Notes under the pieces: model-generated
Databases searched by the model: none
Seen by the model: only the letters and a program-made list of their open reading frames with translations
Told to the model about the DNA's origin: nothing
Shown here: piece by piece, positions 27,201 to 36,882 of the stretch
Layout: the number at the start of each line of letters is the position of its first letter
Numbering within the stretch: the stretch's first letter is position 1
Program-made: the position numbers and the translations under genes
DNA from: Candidatus Kaiserbacteria bacterium
GTDB taxonomy: Bacteria; Patescibacteriota; Minisyncoccia; Phycocordibacterales; Phycocordibacteraceae
Direction: 5' to 3'
Assembly (NCBI GenBank): GCA_027451665.1
Contig: DAIDIW010000005.1
Location: forward strand, 2,955-66,954
DNA length: 64,000 nt

Positions 27201-27682
27201 ACCCGGAGAGCGTGCATCTGTGCGACTGGCCGCATATGGAGAAGAGCCTTTTCAGCCTGTCTGCATTCTTCGGTGGCAAGGAGGAAGCACAGCTTCTCGC
27301 CGGTATGGAGCGCGTGCGGGCGCTCGCGTCCGACGCGCTTCAGCTTCGCCAGAAGGCGGGTATCAAGGTGCGCCAGCCGCTCGCGAAGCTCAAGGTTCCG
27401 GATGCGCTACCCTCGGAGCTCACGGCAATCCTCGCGGATGAGGTAAATGTGAAAAAAGTCGTGACCGGATACTCCACGGTCGAGCTTGAGACTGAGCTCA
27501 CGCCGGAGCTCATTGCGGAGGGTGGCGAACGCGAACGCCAGCGTGCGATCGCGGACGCGCGCAAGTCGGAAGGATTCTCGCCGCATGACCGCGTAACCGT
27601 CCGCGAGCATCCCGAAGGGAAGTATAAGGTCGAGCTTTCGACCGGTACGATACGATTTGATCTCGTGAAGGATGCGTCATAA
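24263..27682 (+). CDS. ileS: Isoleucine--tRNA ligase (type 2) with inserted histidine-phosphatase domain
   Basis: DGPPFATGLPH, GWDTHGLP, WTTTPWT, DWTISRNRFW, KVSKS; insert with RHGE...SHG. Confidence 0.95.
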   Translation: MANTDDKGVHKSDTAKKEEEILGFWKREKIFEKSLAKASPSGEFVFYDGPPFATGLPHSGSLLSSVSKDVIPRYKTMRGYNVRRRWGWDTHGLPIENLVEKELGLKNKREILSVGIEKFNETARSMVLAYVHEWKRYIERVGRWVDFDNSYKTMDASFTESVWWALKKIHEKGRLYEGRKVLMYCPHCETPLAKAEIAMDNTYKDVTEEAVTVKFKVKEPEKHGLPHGSYILAWTTTPWTLPGNVALAVGADIRYDVRHRADGYAILAKDRVEALGLEHANLEKELSGAELVGIEYEPLYALDRAKVAEGERGKFEHAYRVYPAGFVHTEEGTGVVHTAVIYGEDDYQLGMKEGLPMVPLLYPNATYNETAPAFLHGQYIKKAEPFIKEDLERRGLLFAKAPNTHSYPHCYRCGTPLIYNAVSSWFIDIQAVKARMLSENGKVNWIPEHLKQGRFAKLIESAPDWTISRNRFWASPLPIWKDASGNVTVIGSLDELKAYVKKSGNRYIVMRHGEAESNIKDEASTDPVRQQSNRLTEKGKEEVRAATMKLMREGVELIYVSPFARTRESAEIVRETLGLPPEAVIEDNRLREIAVGAFEGKPNKEYRAFFASIEERFTKRPPGGETFADVRRRMGEVLYELEERYQGKKILILSHGDPLWLLQMASIGAPAAEAERFPYLAPAGVQALDFTPIPHNRDYELDYHLPYLDEVRLENEKGEPLTRIPEVVDCWVESGSMPFAEYHYPMEHRQEFEKRWPGDFVSEYIGQTRAWFYYMHAMSVSVFDRLAFKNVLTTGTILAADGQKVSKSKKNYTDPYTLFDEYGADAFRYYLMSSVVMQAEDLAFRDEDVKDAHARVVNMLRNVASFYELFKTGDAPASTSTHPLDRWILTRLSQTAREMTEAFDRYDVVHATRAIRPFIDDLSTWYVRRSRDRMRGEDTPDKRAALSVLRHVLREFAKLAAPVLPFVAEEVFRAVRTEGDPESVHLCDWPHMEKSLFSLSAFFGGKEEAQLLAGMERVRALASDALQLRQKAGIKVRQPLAKLKVPDALPSELTAILADEVNVKKVVTGYSTVELETELTPELIAEGGERERQRAIADARKSEGFSPHDRVTVREHPEGKYKVELSTGTIRFDLVKDAS

Positions 27683-28235
27683 GTACGACACGCGGGGTCT
27701 CATACTTGCTCGCGCAAGTGCGGGCGAAGCGAACGCGCTTGTTTCAGTGCTTACGAGTGATCTCGGTCTTGTGCGGGCCCGCGCTCAGGGCATTCGACGG
27801 CCAGGGGCGAAACTCTCCGCTGCCCTCGTGACGCTCGCGGAAAGCGATATCGTGCTCGTGCGCGGGAAGGAGGGATGGCGACTCACGGGCGCCGTGCGTG
27901 CAGACGCCTGGTTCGACCATCTGCCCGATCGCGATGCGCGCGAGCGCGCAGGACGCATCATATCGCTCATACTTCGCCTCGTTGCCGGTGAATCACCGGA
28001 GGAGGCGCTCTATCCCATACTGCACGGCCTCCTTGAGGCACTCGCGGCGCTTCCGGTGCCTGAGCGTGATGCCGTTGAAGTGCTCGCTGCACTCTATGTC
28101 CTCGCCGCGCTCGGATTCGACGACTCGACGCCCCCGTCTGCGCTCTTCGCACCGGAGGCGCGGGCAAAGGCGCAAGCCGAGCGGAGCGCATACATCGTGC
28201 GCGTGAACCGTGGCATCGCAGCGAGCGGACTCTGA
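27672..28235 (+). CDS. recO: DNA repair protein RecO-like
   Basis: TRGLIL...GEAN...LTSDLGLVRARAQGIR OB-fold N-terminus. Confidence 0.8.
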   Translation: MRHKYDTRGLILARASAGEANALVSVLTSDLGLVRARAQGIRRPGAKLSAALVTLAESDIVLVRGKEGWRLTGAVRADAWFDHLPDRDARERAGRIISLILRLVAGESPEEALYPILHGLLEALAALPVPERDAVEVLAALYVLAALGFDDSTPPSALFAPEARAKAQAERSAYIVRVNRGIAASGL

Positions 28236-28256
28236 ACGCGCTATACTGGGGTGTAA

Positions 28257-30131
28257 ATGCCGGTATCAGACGATGATCGTTCCGCGCTCGAGCGCGCTCG
28301 GGAGGAACTGTATGACCCGCGTCGGGGAAACGGGCTTAACCGTCCAAGTTTCCTCCGACGCCCCGGTAGCCACACCACCCCGCATTCCTGGGGTGAAGAG
28401 GATCATGCGCGCGGCAAGAAGCATGTGCGCCTAGCCGCGGTCTTCTTCGGGTTCTCGTTCCTTTTCTTTCTCGCTGCCGCAGCCATAGCCGGGTACATTT
28501 TCTACTACGGCGGGAACTCGGTCTCGGTGAACAACATCTCTATCGATGTCCAAGGCCCGACAACTATCGCTGCCGGCGATACCGTACCGCTCTCACTCAC
28601 GCTCACGAATCACAATTCGGTCGCGATACAAAACGCGGCCATCGAGGTAGATTTTCCCGATTCCACCCGTGCAGCCGGCAATCTCGCGCAGCCGTATCCT
28701 CGCTATACGGAGAATCTCGGTACGATTCCCGCAGGGGGGACAATCACGCGTTCCATCCAGGCGGTCATATTCGGCGGCGCTGGCCAGTCGGTCTCGCTCC
28801 CCATCTCGTTCTCTTACGGCACAACGGGGAGCAACGCGGTATTCGTGAAGAAGAGCCAATACACGCTCTCGATCTCTTCGACGCCGCTCTCAATCTCGGT
28901 AGATACGCTCGCCGAGACCGTCTCCGGCAAGCCCATTACCCTCACCCTGAACGTCCGTAGCAATGCGAGCGTCCCGCTCTCGAATGTCGTCGTTCAAGGT
29001 GAATTCCCGTTCGGCTTCCAGTCAGGGACTTCGTCGATGCCGCTCAACGGGTCGAGCTTTCTTCTCGGCACACTTAAGCCGGGCGATACGAGAACCATCA
29101 CCCTTACAGGGACGCTCTCGGGACAGGATAGCGAACAGCGCGTCTTCCACTTCACGGTAGGCACCGCGACCACGCCGGATGCGACCACGCCGGCGGTCGC
29201 CTATATGACGCAGGACGCGGTCGTGACCATCGCGGCACCCTTCATCCAGACGGGGTTTTCCATAAACGGCGTCTCTTCCGACTCTCCGGTCGTTACGTCC
29301 GGGCAGCAACAGAGCGTCTCGCTCTCCTTCACGAATACGCTCGCCACGAACGTGACGAACGCAACCGTGTCGGTCCAGATTAACGGGGGTTCGGTCGATT
29401 ATGGCAGCGTCCATACGACCGACGGTTTCTATCAATCGAGCGTTCACACGATCATCTTTAGCGGCGATACGGACCCTTCGCTCTCGAGTCTTGCGCCGGG
29501 CGCGAGCGGCACGGGCAGCTTCACGTTTAATACGTTGCCGCCGTCCTCGAACGAGCCGTCGCCGCAGATATCATTTGTGATCTCGGTCTCGGGAACGCGC
29601 GTTGGCCAATCAAACGTGCCGGAGACGGTGACGGCATCCCAGACGACGAGCGTAAAGGTGGCTACGCAGGTAGCGCTTCGTGCTGCAGCGCTCCATGCGT
29701 CGGGACCCATAACGAATACCGGTCTCATCCCGCCGCGCGTGAACGCGCCGACCACCTATACGATCGTATGGAATGCTGCGGACGAGGGGAGCGCGGTCGC
29801 CGGCGCGACCGTATCCGCCATCCTGCCGAATTACGTGACGTACACGGGGGAGACGACAGGTACGGGCTCAATCACCTACGATCCCGCATCGCGCACGGTC
29901 ACGTGGAACGCAGGCGATTTCAATCAGGGCGGTTCGGCGCAGGCGGCCTTCCAGGTCTCTCTCACACCGTCGTCCTCCCAAAAGGGAAGCGCGCCGGTGC
30001 TCATGGGCCAGTCCGCCTTTACCGGCTATGACCGTTACGCGGGCGTGCAGGTAACAAGTAACGCCGATCCGGTGACGACCGAAACCACGGGCGACCCCGG
30101 CTACGTTCCAACTGACGCGACTGTCCAATAA
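28257..30131 (+). CDS. Single-TM surface protein with tandem Ig-like beta domains
   Basis: TM near aa 60-83, repeated LGTI/LxPG beta-sandwich units, S/T-rich. Confidence 0.8.
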   Translation: MPVSDDDRSALERAREELYDPRRGNGLNRPSFLRRPGSHTTPHSWGEEDHARGKKHVRLAAVFFGFSFLFFLAAAAIAGYIFYYGGNSVSVNNISIDVQGPTTIAAGDTVPLSLTLTNHNSVAIQNAAIEVDFPDSTRAAGNLAQPYPRYTENLGTIPAGGTITRSIQAVIFGGAGQSVSLPISFSYGTTGSNAVFVKKSQYTLSISSTPLSISVDTLAETVSGKPITLTLNVRSNASVPLSNVVVQGEFPFGFQSGTSSMPLNGSSFLLGTLKPGDTRTITLTGTLSGQDSEQRVFHFTVGTATTPDATTPAVAYMTQDAVVTIAAPFIQTGFSINGVSSDSPVVTSGQQQSVSLSFTNTLATNVTNATVSVQINGGSVDYGSVHTTDGFYQSSVHTIIFSGDTDPSLSSLAPGASGTGSFTFNTLPPSSNEPSPQISFVISVSGTRVGQSNVPETVTASQTTSVKVATQVALRAAALHASGPITNTGLIPPRVNAPTTYTIVWNAADEGSAVAGATVSAILPNYVTYTGETTGTGSITYDPASRTVTWNAGDFNQGGSAQAAFQVSLTPSSSQKGSAPVLMGQSAFTGYDRYAGVQVTSNADPVTTETTGDPGYVPTDATVQ

Positions 30132-30159
30132 TCCGCGTTTCGTGTAAGTTTCTCTGTAT

Positions 30160-31491
30160 ATGTCCGACAGCAACCTCATGGAGAAGATCGTCTCGCTCTG
30201 TAAGCGCCGCGGGTTCCTCTTTCCGGGCTCGGAGATCTATGGCGGTCTCGCCGGCACCTATGATTACGGCCCTATGGGCGTCCTCCTCAAGGAGAATGTA
30301 GAGCGCATCTGGCGTGAACTCTTCCGCGACGGTCGCGACGACATATACGGCGTCGACGCTGCCATCCTTATGAATCCGAAGGTGTGGGAGGCATCCGGGC
30401 ACACGGCGACCTTCGCCGACCCGCTCGTCGTCTGCGCGGAGTGCAAGCGCCGTTTCCGCGCCGATCAGTTGGATGATCCATCCGTATGTCCCGAGTGTTC
30501 CGGCGCGCTCTCTGAGCCAAAGCCTTTCAATATGATGTTCGCAACGAAAGCAGGCGTCGCGGAAGATGAATCAGCGACCGTGTACCTGCGACCGGAGACT
30601 GCCGGCGGCATATTTGTGAACTATAAGAACGTGATGGATTCCGTTCATCCGAAGCTGCCGTTCGGCATCGCTCAGATAGGGAAGGCGTTCCGGAATGAGA
30701 TCGCACCACGGGACTTCATCTTCCGTCTCCGCGAGCTTTCGCAGATGGAGGTCGAATACTTCGTCGCGCCCGCGGCGTGGGAGAAGGCGTTCGAGGAGTG
30801 GCGGGAGACCATGCACGCGTATGCGCGAGCGCTCGCACTTCCGGATGAGAAGCTGCATGAGCTCGAGGTACCGCAGGATGATCTCGCGCACTACTCGAAG
30901 CGTACGATCGACTTTGAATTCGACTATCCGTTCGGTCGGAAAGAGCTCTGGGGGCTCGCGTACCGGACCGACTTCGACCTCTCGGCACACATGGAGAGAA
31001 GCAGCGCGTCGTTTGAGTATCTTGATGAGGAAACCAAGGAGAAGTTCGTGCCGCACGTCATCGAGCCATCATTGGGCGTCGACCGTACCGTACTTGCGGT
31101 GCTCGCAAGCGCGTATCGCGAAGATGAGCTTGGGGGCGAGACGCGCACATACCTTACGCTCGCACCGAAGGTCGCACCGGTGAAGGCGATGGTCTCGCCG
31201 CTCTTAAAGAACAAGCCGGAGCTCGTCGAGAAGGCGAGGGAAGTCCGCGCTGTGCTGCGCGCCGCGCTCCCGGGTGCGGTGATAGCCTGGGACGACAACG
31301 GCAATATCGGGAAGCGATACCGCCGGCAGGATGAGATCGGTACGCCGTTCTGCGTGACCGTCGATTTCGATACCCTGGGCGAGAAGCCGGAGTTCGCGAA
31401 CACGGTGACGCTCCGCGACCGCGACACCGGGGCGCAAGAACGCCTCTCCGTCCCGGATGTTGCGGGACGCATCCGCGCCGCGCTCGCCTAG
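30160..31491 (+). CDS. glyQS: Glycine--tRNA ligase (alpha2 type)
   Basis: YLRPETA, GKAFRNEI, IEPSLG, IGKRYRRQDEIGTP. Confidence 0.97.
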   Translation: MSDSNLMEKIVSLCKRRGFLFPGSEIYGGLAGTYDYGPMGVLLKENVERIWRELFRDGRDDIYGVDAAILMNPKVWEASGHTATFADPLVVCAECKRRFRADQLDDPSVCPECSGALSEPKPFNMMFATKAGVAEDESATVYLRPETAGGIFVNYKNVMDSVHPKLPFGIAQIGKAFRNEIAPRDFIFRLRELSQMEVEYFVAPAAWEKAFEEWRETMHAYARALALPDEKLHELEVPQDDLAHYSKRTIDFEFDYPFGRKELWGLAYRTDFDLSAHMERSSASFEYLDEETKEKFVPHVIEPSLGVDRTVLAVLASAYREDELGGETRTYLTLAPKVAPVKAMVSPLLKNKPELVEKAREVRAVLRAALPGAVIAWDDNGNIGKRYRRQDEIGTPFCVTVDFDTLGEKPEFANTVTLRDRDTGAQERLSVPDVAGRIRAALA

Positions 31492-31528
31492 CGAGGGCGG
31501 ACGGGGCGGGCTGTGCTAGGATTTGCGT

Positions 31529-32593
31529 ATGTCAGAGACTCGATTCTCGATCGCGCCCGGATCGGTCATCACGACGCTTCTCATCCTGCTTGGGGCCTAT
31601 GTGCTCTGGCTCTTGCGCGACCTCGTGTTGCTTATCATCACCTCGGTCGTGATCGCCTCGGCGATCGAGCCGGGCATCCTCTTCTTCGCACGCCACCGCA
31701 TCCCGCGGTTTATCGCGACGCTCCTCATGTACGTGCTCGTATTCGGGAGCGTCTTCGCGCTCATATATTTCTTCTTTCCGCCCATTATTGCGGACGCCGC
31801 GCAGTTCCTCTCAAGCGTACCGCAGTACCTGAACACATTGAACGTACCGGCTTCCTTCGCAGGCATCAGCAATGCCACAAATCTCATCGGCTCGTCGCAT
31901 CAGGCACAATCGCTTATCTCCACGCTCGCCACGCTCCAAGGCGCGTTCAGCTCGACCTCAGGCGGCGTCGTGCAACTATTCGCCACCTTCTTTGGCGGCA
32001 TCTTCTCGCTCGTGCTCGTTATCGTGCTCTCATTCTACTTCGCGCTTCAGGAAACGGGCGTCGATGACTTCCTGCGTCTCATCATGCCGGCGCAGCATGA
32101 GGACTACGCGGTCAATCTTTGGAAACGTTCGCAGAAGAAGATCGGGCGCTGGATGCAGGGGCAGATCCTGCTGTCGGTCATCGTGGGCGTGCTTGTCTAC
32201 CTCGGCCTCCTCATCATTAACGTTCCGTATGCGCTCTTGCTCGCGGTGTTCACCTCGCTCGCGGAGATCATACCGATCTTCGGCTCGCTTATGGCCGGTG
32301 CCGCAGCCGCCGCGGTTGGCTTCTCGCAGGGCGGTATCGCGCTCGCGGCCATCATCGTAGGCCTTTATATCGTCGTGAACCAGTTCGAGACGAATCTCAT
32401 CTACCCCCTCATCGTGAAGAAGGTCGTGGGCGTACCGCCGTTGCTCGTCATTGTGGCGCTCATTGCCGGCGGGGTGATCGCCGGATTTCTCGGCGTCCTT
32501 CTCTCGGTACCGATTGCCGCTGTGGCGCTCGAATTTCTTTCCGACTTTGACAAGCGCAAGCGGCGTGTGCAGCACCATCCGCATACCGCTTGA
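31529..32593 (+). CDS. AI-2E family transporter
   Basis: Multi-TM; WMQGQ, EIIPIFG, ETNLIYP. Confidence 0.9.
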   Translation: MSETRFSIAPGSVITTLLILLGAYVLWLLRDLVLLIITSVVIASAIEPGILFFARHRIPRFIATLLMYVLVFGSVFALIYFFFPPIIADAAQFLSSVPQYLNTLNVPASFAGISNATNLIGSSHQAQSLISTLATLQGAFSSTSGGVVQLFATFFGGIFSLVLVIVLSFYFALQETGVDDFLRLIMPAQHEDYAVNLWKRSQKKIGRWMQGQILLSVIVGVLVYLGLLIINVPYALLLAVFTSLAEIIPIFGSLMAGAAAAAVGFSQGGIALAAIIVGLYIVVNQFETNLIYPLIVKKVVGVPPLLVIVALIAGGVIAGFLGVLLSVPIAAVALEFLSDFDKRKRRVQHHPHTA

Positions 32594-32599
32594 GGCCGC

Positions 32600-34033
32600 A
32601 TGTCGCGCTACATCACCACCACGCTCCCATACGTGAACGCCGATCCGCACTTGGGCCATGCGCTCGAATTCGTGCAGGCAGACTTCCTCGCGCGCACAGC
32701 GCGCATGCGGGGAGAAGCGACTTTCCTCAACGTCGGTACTGACGAACACGGCCTCAAGATCGCACAGAGAGCCGAAGCGACAGGGCAGGAGCCGCAGGCG
32801 TATGCTGATGAGTACGCGGCACGCTTCAAGGCCTTTGCCGATGCGCTCGACATCTCATACGATTCGTTCGTCCGCACGACTGACGCGCGTCACGAGAAGG
32901 CCGCCCAGGCATTCTGGAAGAGATGCGCTGATGCCGGCGATATCTATAAGGCCACCTATGAGGTGAAATATTGCGTCGGATGCGAGCTCGAGAAGACGGA
33001 TTCAGAGCTCGTGAATGGTCGCTGTCCTCTCCATCCGAATCTAGAGCTCGAGATCCGCGAAGAGGAGAATTATTATTTCCGATTCTCGAAGTATGGGGAC
33101 ACGCTCTTGGCGCAGTACGAAGGGCATCCGGAGTTCGTTGTCCCTGACGGTCGTATGCGGGAGCTCACGGCGTTCGTCTCGACAGGTTTGAAGGACTTCA
33201 GCATCTCCCGCCCAAAAGACAAGCTTTCCTGGGGCGTGCCGGTTCCCGGCGACGAAGCGCATGTCATGTACGTGTGGTTCGATGCGCTTGTGAATTACGT
33301 CTCGGCTATCGGCTGGCCGGAGGATGAGGGATCATTCTCGAAGTGGTGGCCCGCGACTCAACTCGCCGGCAAGGACAATCTCCGTCAGCAGACCGCCATG
33401 TGGCAGGCGATGCTCCTCTCAGCCGGCCTCCCGCTCTCGAAGGAGATCTTCATACACGGATTCATAACCTCAGGCGGTCAGAAGATGAGCAAATCGCTCG
33501 GCAATGTCATTGATCCGATGAAGATCATGACGACGTACGGCGTTGATGCCCTCCGTTATGTCCTCCTGCGGCACGTGAATCCTTACGAGGATTCGGATCT
33601 TACCGAAGATTCCATCCGTGCGCATTACACGGCGCATCTGACGAACGGTCTCGGGAACCTTGTCGCGCGCGTCATGAAGCTCGCGGAAGAGCATCTGCCG
33701 CATCCGGCGAAACTTTCACGCGATACGGAGGTGGTGGACAGCCGGTTCCTGTCGCTCGTGGAGTCGTTCCGTTTTAATGACGCGATGGATATCGTGTTCG
33801 AGAAGATCGCGCATGCGGATGCCTATATGACCAAGTACGCTCCCTATAAGGGGATCAAAAGCGGCGATACGGTCGAGCGCGAACGCGCACGCGATCAGAT
33901 CGAGAACCTTGTGGGTCAGATCGCCGCAATTGCTGTGCATCTCACTCCCGCCTTGCCGCGTACGGCAGCGAAGATCGCCGCGGCAGTCCGTAAGAATCAG
34001 AAGCCCGAGAATCTCTTCCCGCGCATCGTGTAG
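32600..34033 (+). CDS. metG: Methionine--tRNA ligase
   Basis: YVNADPHLGH, GTDEHG, YVWFDAL, KMSKSLGN. Confidence 0.97.
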   Translation: MSRYITTTLPYVNADPHLGHALEFVQADFLARTARMRGEATFLNVGTDEHGLKIAQRAEATGQEPQAYADEYAARFKAFADALDISYDSFVRTTDARHEKAAQAFWKRCADAGDIYKATYEVKYCVGCELEKTDSELVNGRCPLHPNLELEIREEENYYFRFSKYGDTLLAQYEGHPEFVVPDGRMRELTAFVSTGLKDFSISRPKDKLSWGVPVPGDEAHVMYVWFDALVNYVSAIGWPEDEGSFSKWWPATQLAGKDNLRQQTAMWQAMLLSAGLPLSKEIFIHGFITSGGQKMSKSLGNVIDPMKIMTTYGVDALRYVLLRHVNPYEDSDLTEDSIRAHYTAHLTNGLGNLVARVMKLAEEHLPHPAKLSRDTEVVDSRFLSLVESFRFNDAMDIVFEKIAHADAYMTKYAPYKGIKSGDTVERERARDQIENLVGQIAAIAVHLTPALPRTAAKIAAAVRKNQKPENLFPRIV

Positions 34034-34043
34034 GCAAGCTGGT

Positions 34044-34838
34044 ATGAGGTACATTGACGTCCACTGCCACGTGCAATTCGAGGATTATGTGCGCGATCAA
34101 GCGGAGCTTCTCGAACGCATGCGGGAGCGTGAAGTCGGCGGCATCGTGGTGGGCGTCGACAGACGTTCCTCCGAAGAGGCGCTCGCGCTCGCGAGGCGCT
34201 ACGACCATCTCTGGGCGGCGGTCGGTGTGCATCCGAATCGCATTCCGCAAGAGCTGTTCGTCGAAGCTTTCTATCGGAAGCTTGCCGAAGACCCGAAAGT
34301 GGTCGCGATAGGGGAGTGCGGGCTCGATTACTATCGGCCGACGCAGCTGACAGATGAGGTGAAGCATGCGCAGCAGGACGCGCTTCGGGCTCATGCCGAC
34401 CTTGCCGCAATACTTGGGAAGCCACTCATCATCCACGCGCGGCCGAGTAAGGGCACGCAGGACGCGTATCACGATCTCATCGCGCTCCTTACCGAGAAGA
34501 AGGCAGAACATGGGAAGCGGTTTACGGGCGACATCCATTTCTTCGTGGGCGGGGTAGCGGAAGCAGCGGAGCTGTTCGCACTCGATTTCACCACTTCATT
34601 TACGGCGGTAATCACGTTCACCCGTGACTACGATGAGGTCATACGCACCGCGCCCTCGGACCGCATCCTCTCGGAGACGGACGCCCCCTACGTGGCCCCG
34701 GCCTCACGCCGGTACGAGCGCAATGATCCGCTCGCGGTCGAGGAGGTCGTCCGGCGCATCGCGGAGATCCGTGAAGCGCCTGAAGAGGATGTCCGCGCTG
34801 CCATGCTTGCGAACGCCCGCCGCGTCTTCCGACTCTAA
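34044..34838 (+). CDS. TatD-family nuclease
   Basis: DVHCH, GVHP, IGECGLDY, ETDAPY. Confidence 0.93.
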   Translation: MRYIDVHCHVQFEDYVRDQAELLERMREREVGGIVVGVDRRSSEEALALARRYDHLWAAVGVHPNRIPQELFVEAFYRKLAEDPKVVAIGECGLDYYRPTQLTDEVKHAQQDALRAHADLAAILGKPLIIHARPSKGTQDAYHDLIALLTEKKAEHGKRFTGDIHFFVGGVAEAAELFALDFTTSFTAVITFTRDYDEVIRTAPSDRILSETDAPYVAPASRRYERNDPLAVEEVVRRIAEIREAPEEDVRAAMLANARRVFRL

Positions 34839-34886
34839 CGGCCGGTCGTTGCCTCAGGGCAGGGCCCGTGGTACCATCGCGGAATC

Positions 34887-35366
34887 ATGGCTAAGAACGA
34901 GGCAGAAATGAACGATGCTACCGCGCAGGACGGCGCGGCGCGCGTCTATGAGCTCGGGTTCCATCTCGACCCGGAACTCCCGACTGAGGAGGTGAAGGCC
35001 GCGTACGCGGCGCTGCGCAAGATCGTCGAAGTGCAGGGTACGATCGTCGCCGAAGGCGAACCGCTTCACATCCAGCTCGCCTACACGATCTCCCGCCAGG
35101 AGACCGGCGGTCGCCGCGATTTCAATGCCGCTTATTTTTGCTGGATTGCCTATGAGGCGACGGTCGAAGCGCATGCGGCGGTGCTCGAAGCGGCTAAGGA
35201 TGAGAAGCGCATCATCCGCTTCATCGACCTCGCGACGACGAAAGATGCGGCGCGCCATGCGGCAGAGCTCCGCGAGCTCGCGATGAAGGCTCCGGAAGGA
35301 GAGTCTGCAGAGGGGGATGAAGCGGACGCGGAACTTGACGCAGCGCTCGAGAGCGCGGCGGCCTAG
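34887..35366 (+). CDS. rpsF: 30S ribosomal protein S6
   Basis: YELGFHL...LAYTI...IIRF; rpsF-ssb-rpsR order. Confidence 0.85.
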   Translation: MAKNEAEMNDATAQDGAARVYELGFHLDPELPTEEVKAAYAALRKIVEVQGTIVAEGEPLHIQLAYTISRQETGGRRDFNAAYFCWIAYEATVEAHAAVLEAAKDEKRIIRFIDLATTKDAARHAAELRELAMKAPEGESAEGDEADAELDAALESAAA

Positions 35367-35382
35367 GGTATACTGGAAGGGC

Positions 35383-35832
35383 ATGTATCTCAACAAGGTA
35401 TTCCTGTACGGCAATCTGACTCGCGATCCGGAGGTACGCGCCCTTCCTTCGGGCGGCCAGGTGGCGACCTTCGGGCTCGCGACGAATCGCTCGTACAAAG
35501 ACAAGAACGGGCAGAAGCAGGAGGCGACGGAATTCCATAACATCGTCGCCTTCGGCAAGCCCGCAGAGCTCATCGCACAATACATGAAGAAGGGCCGTCC
35601 CCTTTTCGTCGAAGGTCGTCTCCAAACGCGTTCCTGGGACGATAAGGAAACGGGGAAGAAAAATTACCGCACCGAGATCGTCGTTGATAACTTCCAGTTC
35701 GGTGACGGCGGTCGTTCAAGCGGCGGCGAATACGGATCGGCTCCGGCGTCGCAGGGTGCGCCGGCAGCGGCAAACGGAGAGGAAATCCAGTATCCGGACG
35801 AAGAGATAAACCCGGAAGACATCCCGTTTTAG
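35383..35832 (+). CDS. ssb: Single-stranded DNA-binding protein
   Basis: NKVFLYGNLTRDPE, VEGRLQTRSW, C-terminal DIPF. Confidence 0.97.
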   Translation: MYLNKVFLYGNLTRDPEVRALPSGGQVATFGLATNRSYKDKNGQKQEATEFHNIVAFGKPAELIAQYMKKGRPLFVEGRLQTRSWDDKETGKKNYRTEIVVDNFQFGDGGRSSGGEYGSAPASQGAPAAANGEEIQYPDEEINPEDIPF

Positions 35833-35919
35833 TGAGCTTTTAGCTGAGTGCGCACGACGTACCTGAATTTGCATTACGAAACGAAAAGCTATAATCTAGC
35901 AGCTACTAAATCTATCCAT

Positions 35920-36126
35920 ATGGCACACCAGGCAGAGCGAGAAGAGATTGAAGTCAAGAAATTCGTCGACTACAAGGACGTTGCGTATCTGAAGCAGTTT
36001 ACGAACGCGCACGCCAAGATGCTGAATCATCGCCGCACGGGCATTCCTGCCTTGAAGCAGCGCGAGATCGCGAACGCTGTGAAGCGCGCTCGTTTCATGG
36101 GCCTTCTTCCGTACGTCGCCTCCTAG
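35920..36126 (+). CDS. rpsR: 30S ribosomal protein S18
   Basis: DYKDV...QREIANAVKRARFMGLLPY. Confidence 0.95.
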   Translation: MAHQAEREEIEVKKFVDYKDVAYLKQFTNAHAKMLNHRRTGIPALKQREIANAVKRARFMGLLPYVAS

Positions 36127-36144
36127 CGACCGCTTCGGGAGGCA

Positions 36145-36187
36145 GAGTACACGAAGGGCCCGCCAGTGGCGGGCCCTTCGTGTACTC
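36145..36187. terminator. Long perfect hairpin between convergent rpsR and efp
   Basis: GAGTACACGAAGGGCCCGCCA-g-TGGCGGGCCCTTCGTGTACTC. Confidence 0.75.
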
Positions 36188-36194
36188 TGCAGAT

Positions 36195-36773
36195 TTACTT
36201 AGCCTTCTCGACGCGCTCCACGTACGTCCCTTCATCGGTGTTGACGCGAATAACGTCGCCTGAATTGATGAAGAGCGGCACATTCACGGTACCGCCGGTC
36301 GCCACCGTGACGGGCTTCGTGCCGCCAGTGGCGGAGTCGCCCTTCACGTTCGGCGGGGCTTCGGTCACCTCGAGCTCGACTTTCACCGGGATGCGCACCG
36401 TGATCGGCTTGTCCTCATAAGTAACGACTTCTACCGGGGCATTTTGCGCGAGCCATTTCACCTTGTCGGCGACGGCGTCCTCGGCGAACGAGAAGCGGTT
36501 CTTAGGATTACCCTCCTCGGAGAACCAGCTCTCGCCGCGGTTCGTGTAGAGGTAGAGCGCCTGCAGTTTGCCCACTTCCGCCTCCTGCGCGGTCTCGCTC
36601 TGGTGGAAAGAGATCTCGACCACCTTCCCGGATACGAGATGGCGGAGCTTGGTTTGGTTCACTGGCTTCCTCATCTGCATGCGGAAGATGTGCGACGAGA
36701 GCACTTCGTAGGGCTCGCCGTTGTAGGTGATGACGGTCTTCGGGAGAATTTCGTTATAGCTGAGTACGGCCAT
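36195..36773 (-). CDS. efp: Elongation factor P
   Basis: PNVKGDSATGGTKP, VPLFINSGD, GTYVER. Confidence 0.93.
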   Translation of the reverse strand: MAVLSYNEILPKTVITYNGEPYEVLSSHIFRMQMRKPVNQTKLRHLVSGKVVEISFHQSETAQEAEVGKLQALYLYTNRGESWFSEEGNPKNRFSFAEDAVADKVKWLAQNAPVEVVTYEDKPITVRIPVKVELEVTEAPPNVKGDSATGGTKPVTVATGGTVNVPLFINSGDVIRVNTDEGTYVERVEKAK

Positions 36774-36882
36774 AGGATCGGAAGGCAGGATGCAGAACGC
36801 GAGAAGGCAGTCTGAAACCTGGCCCGGACGGATTTAGTTATAAAAAGTGGCCAGGACGGCCAATGAGCGTATGATACAAGCC

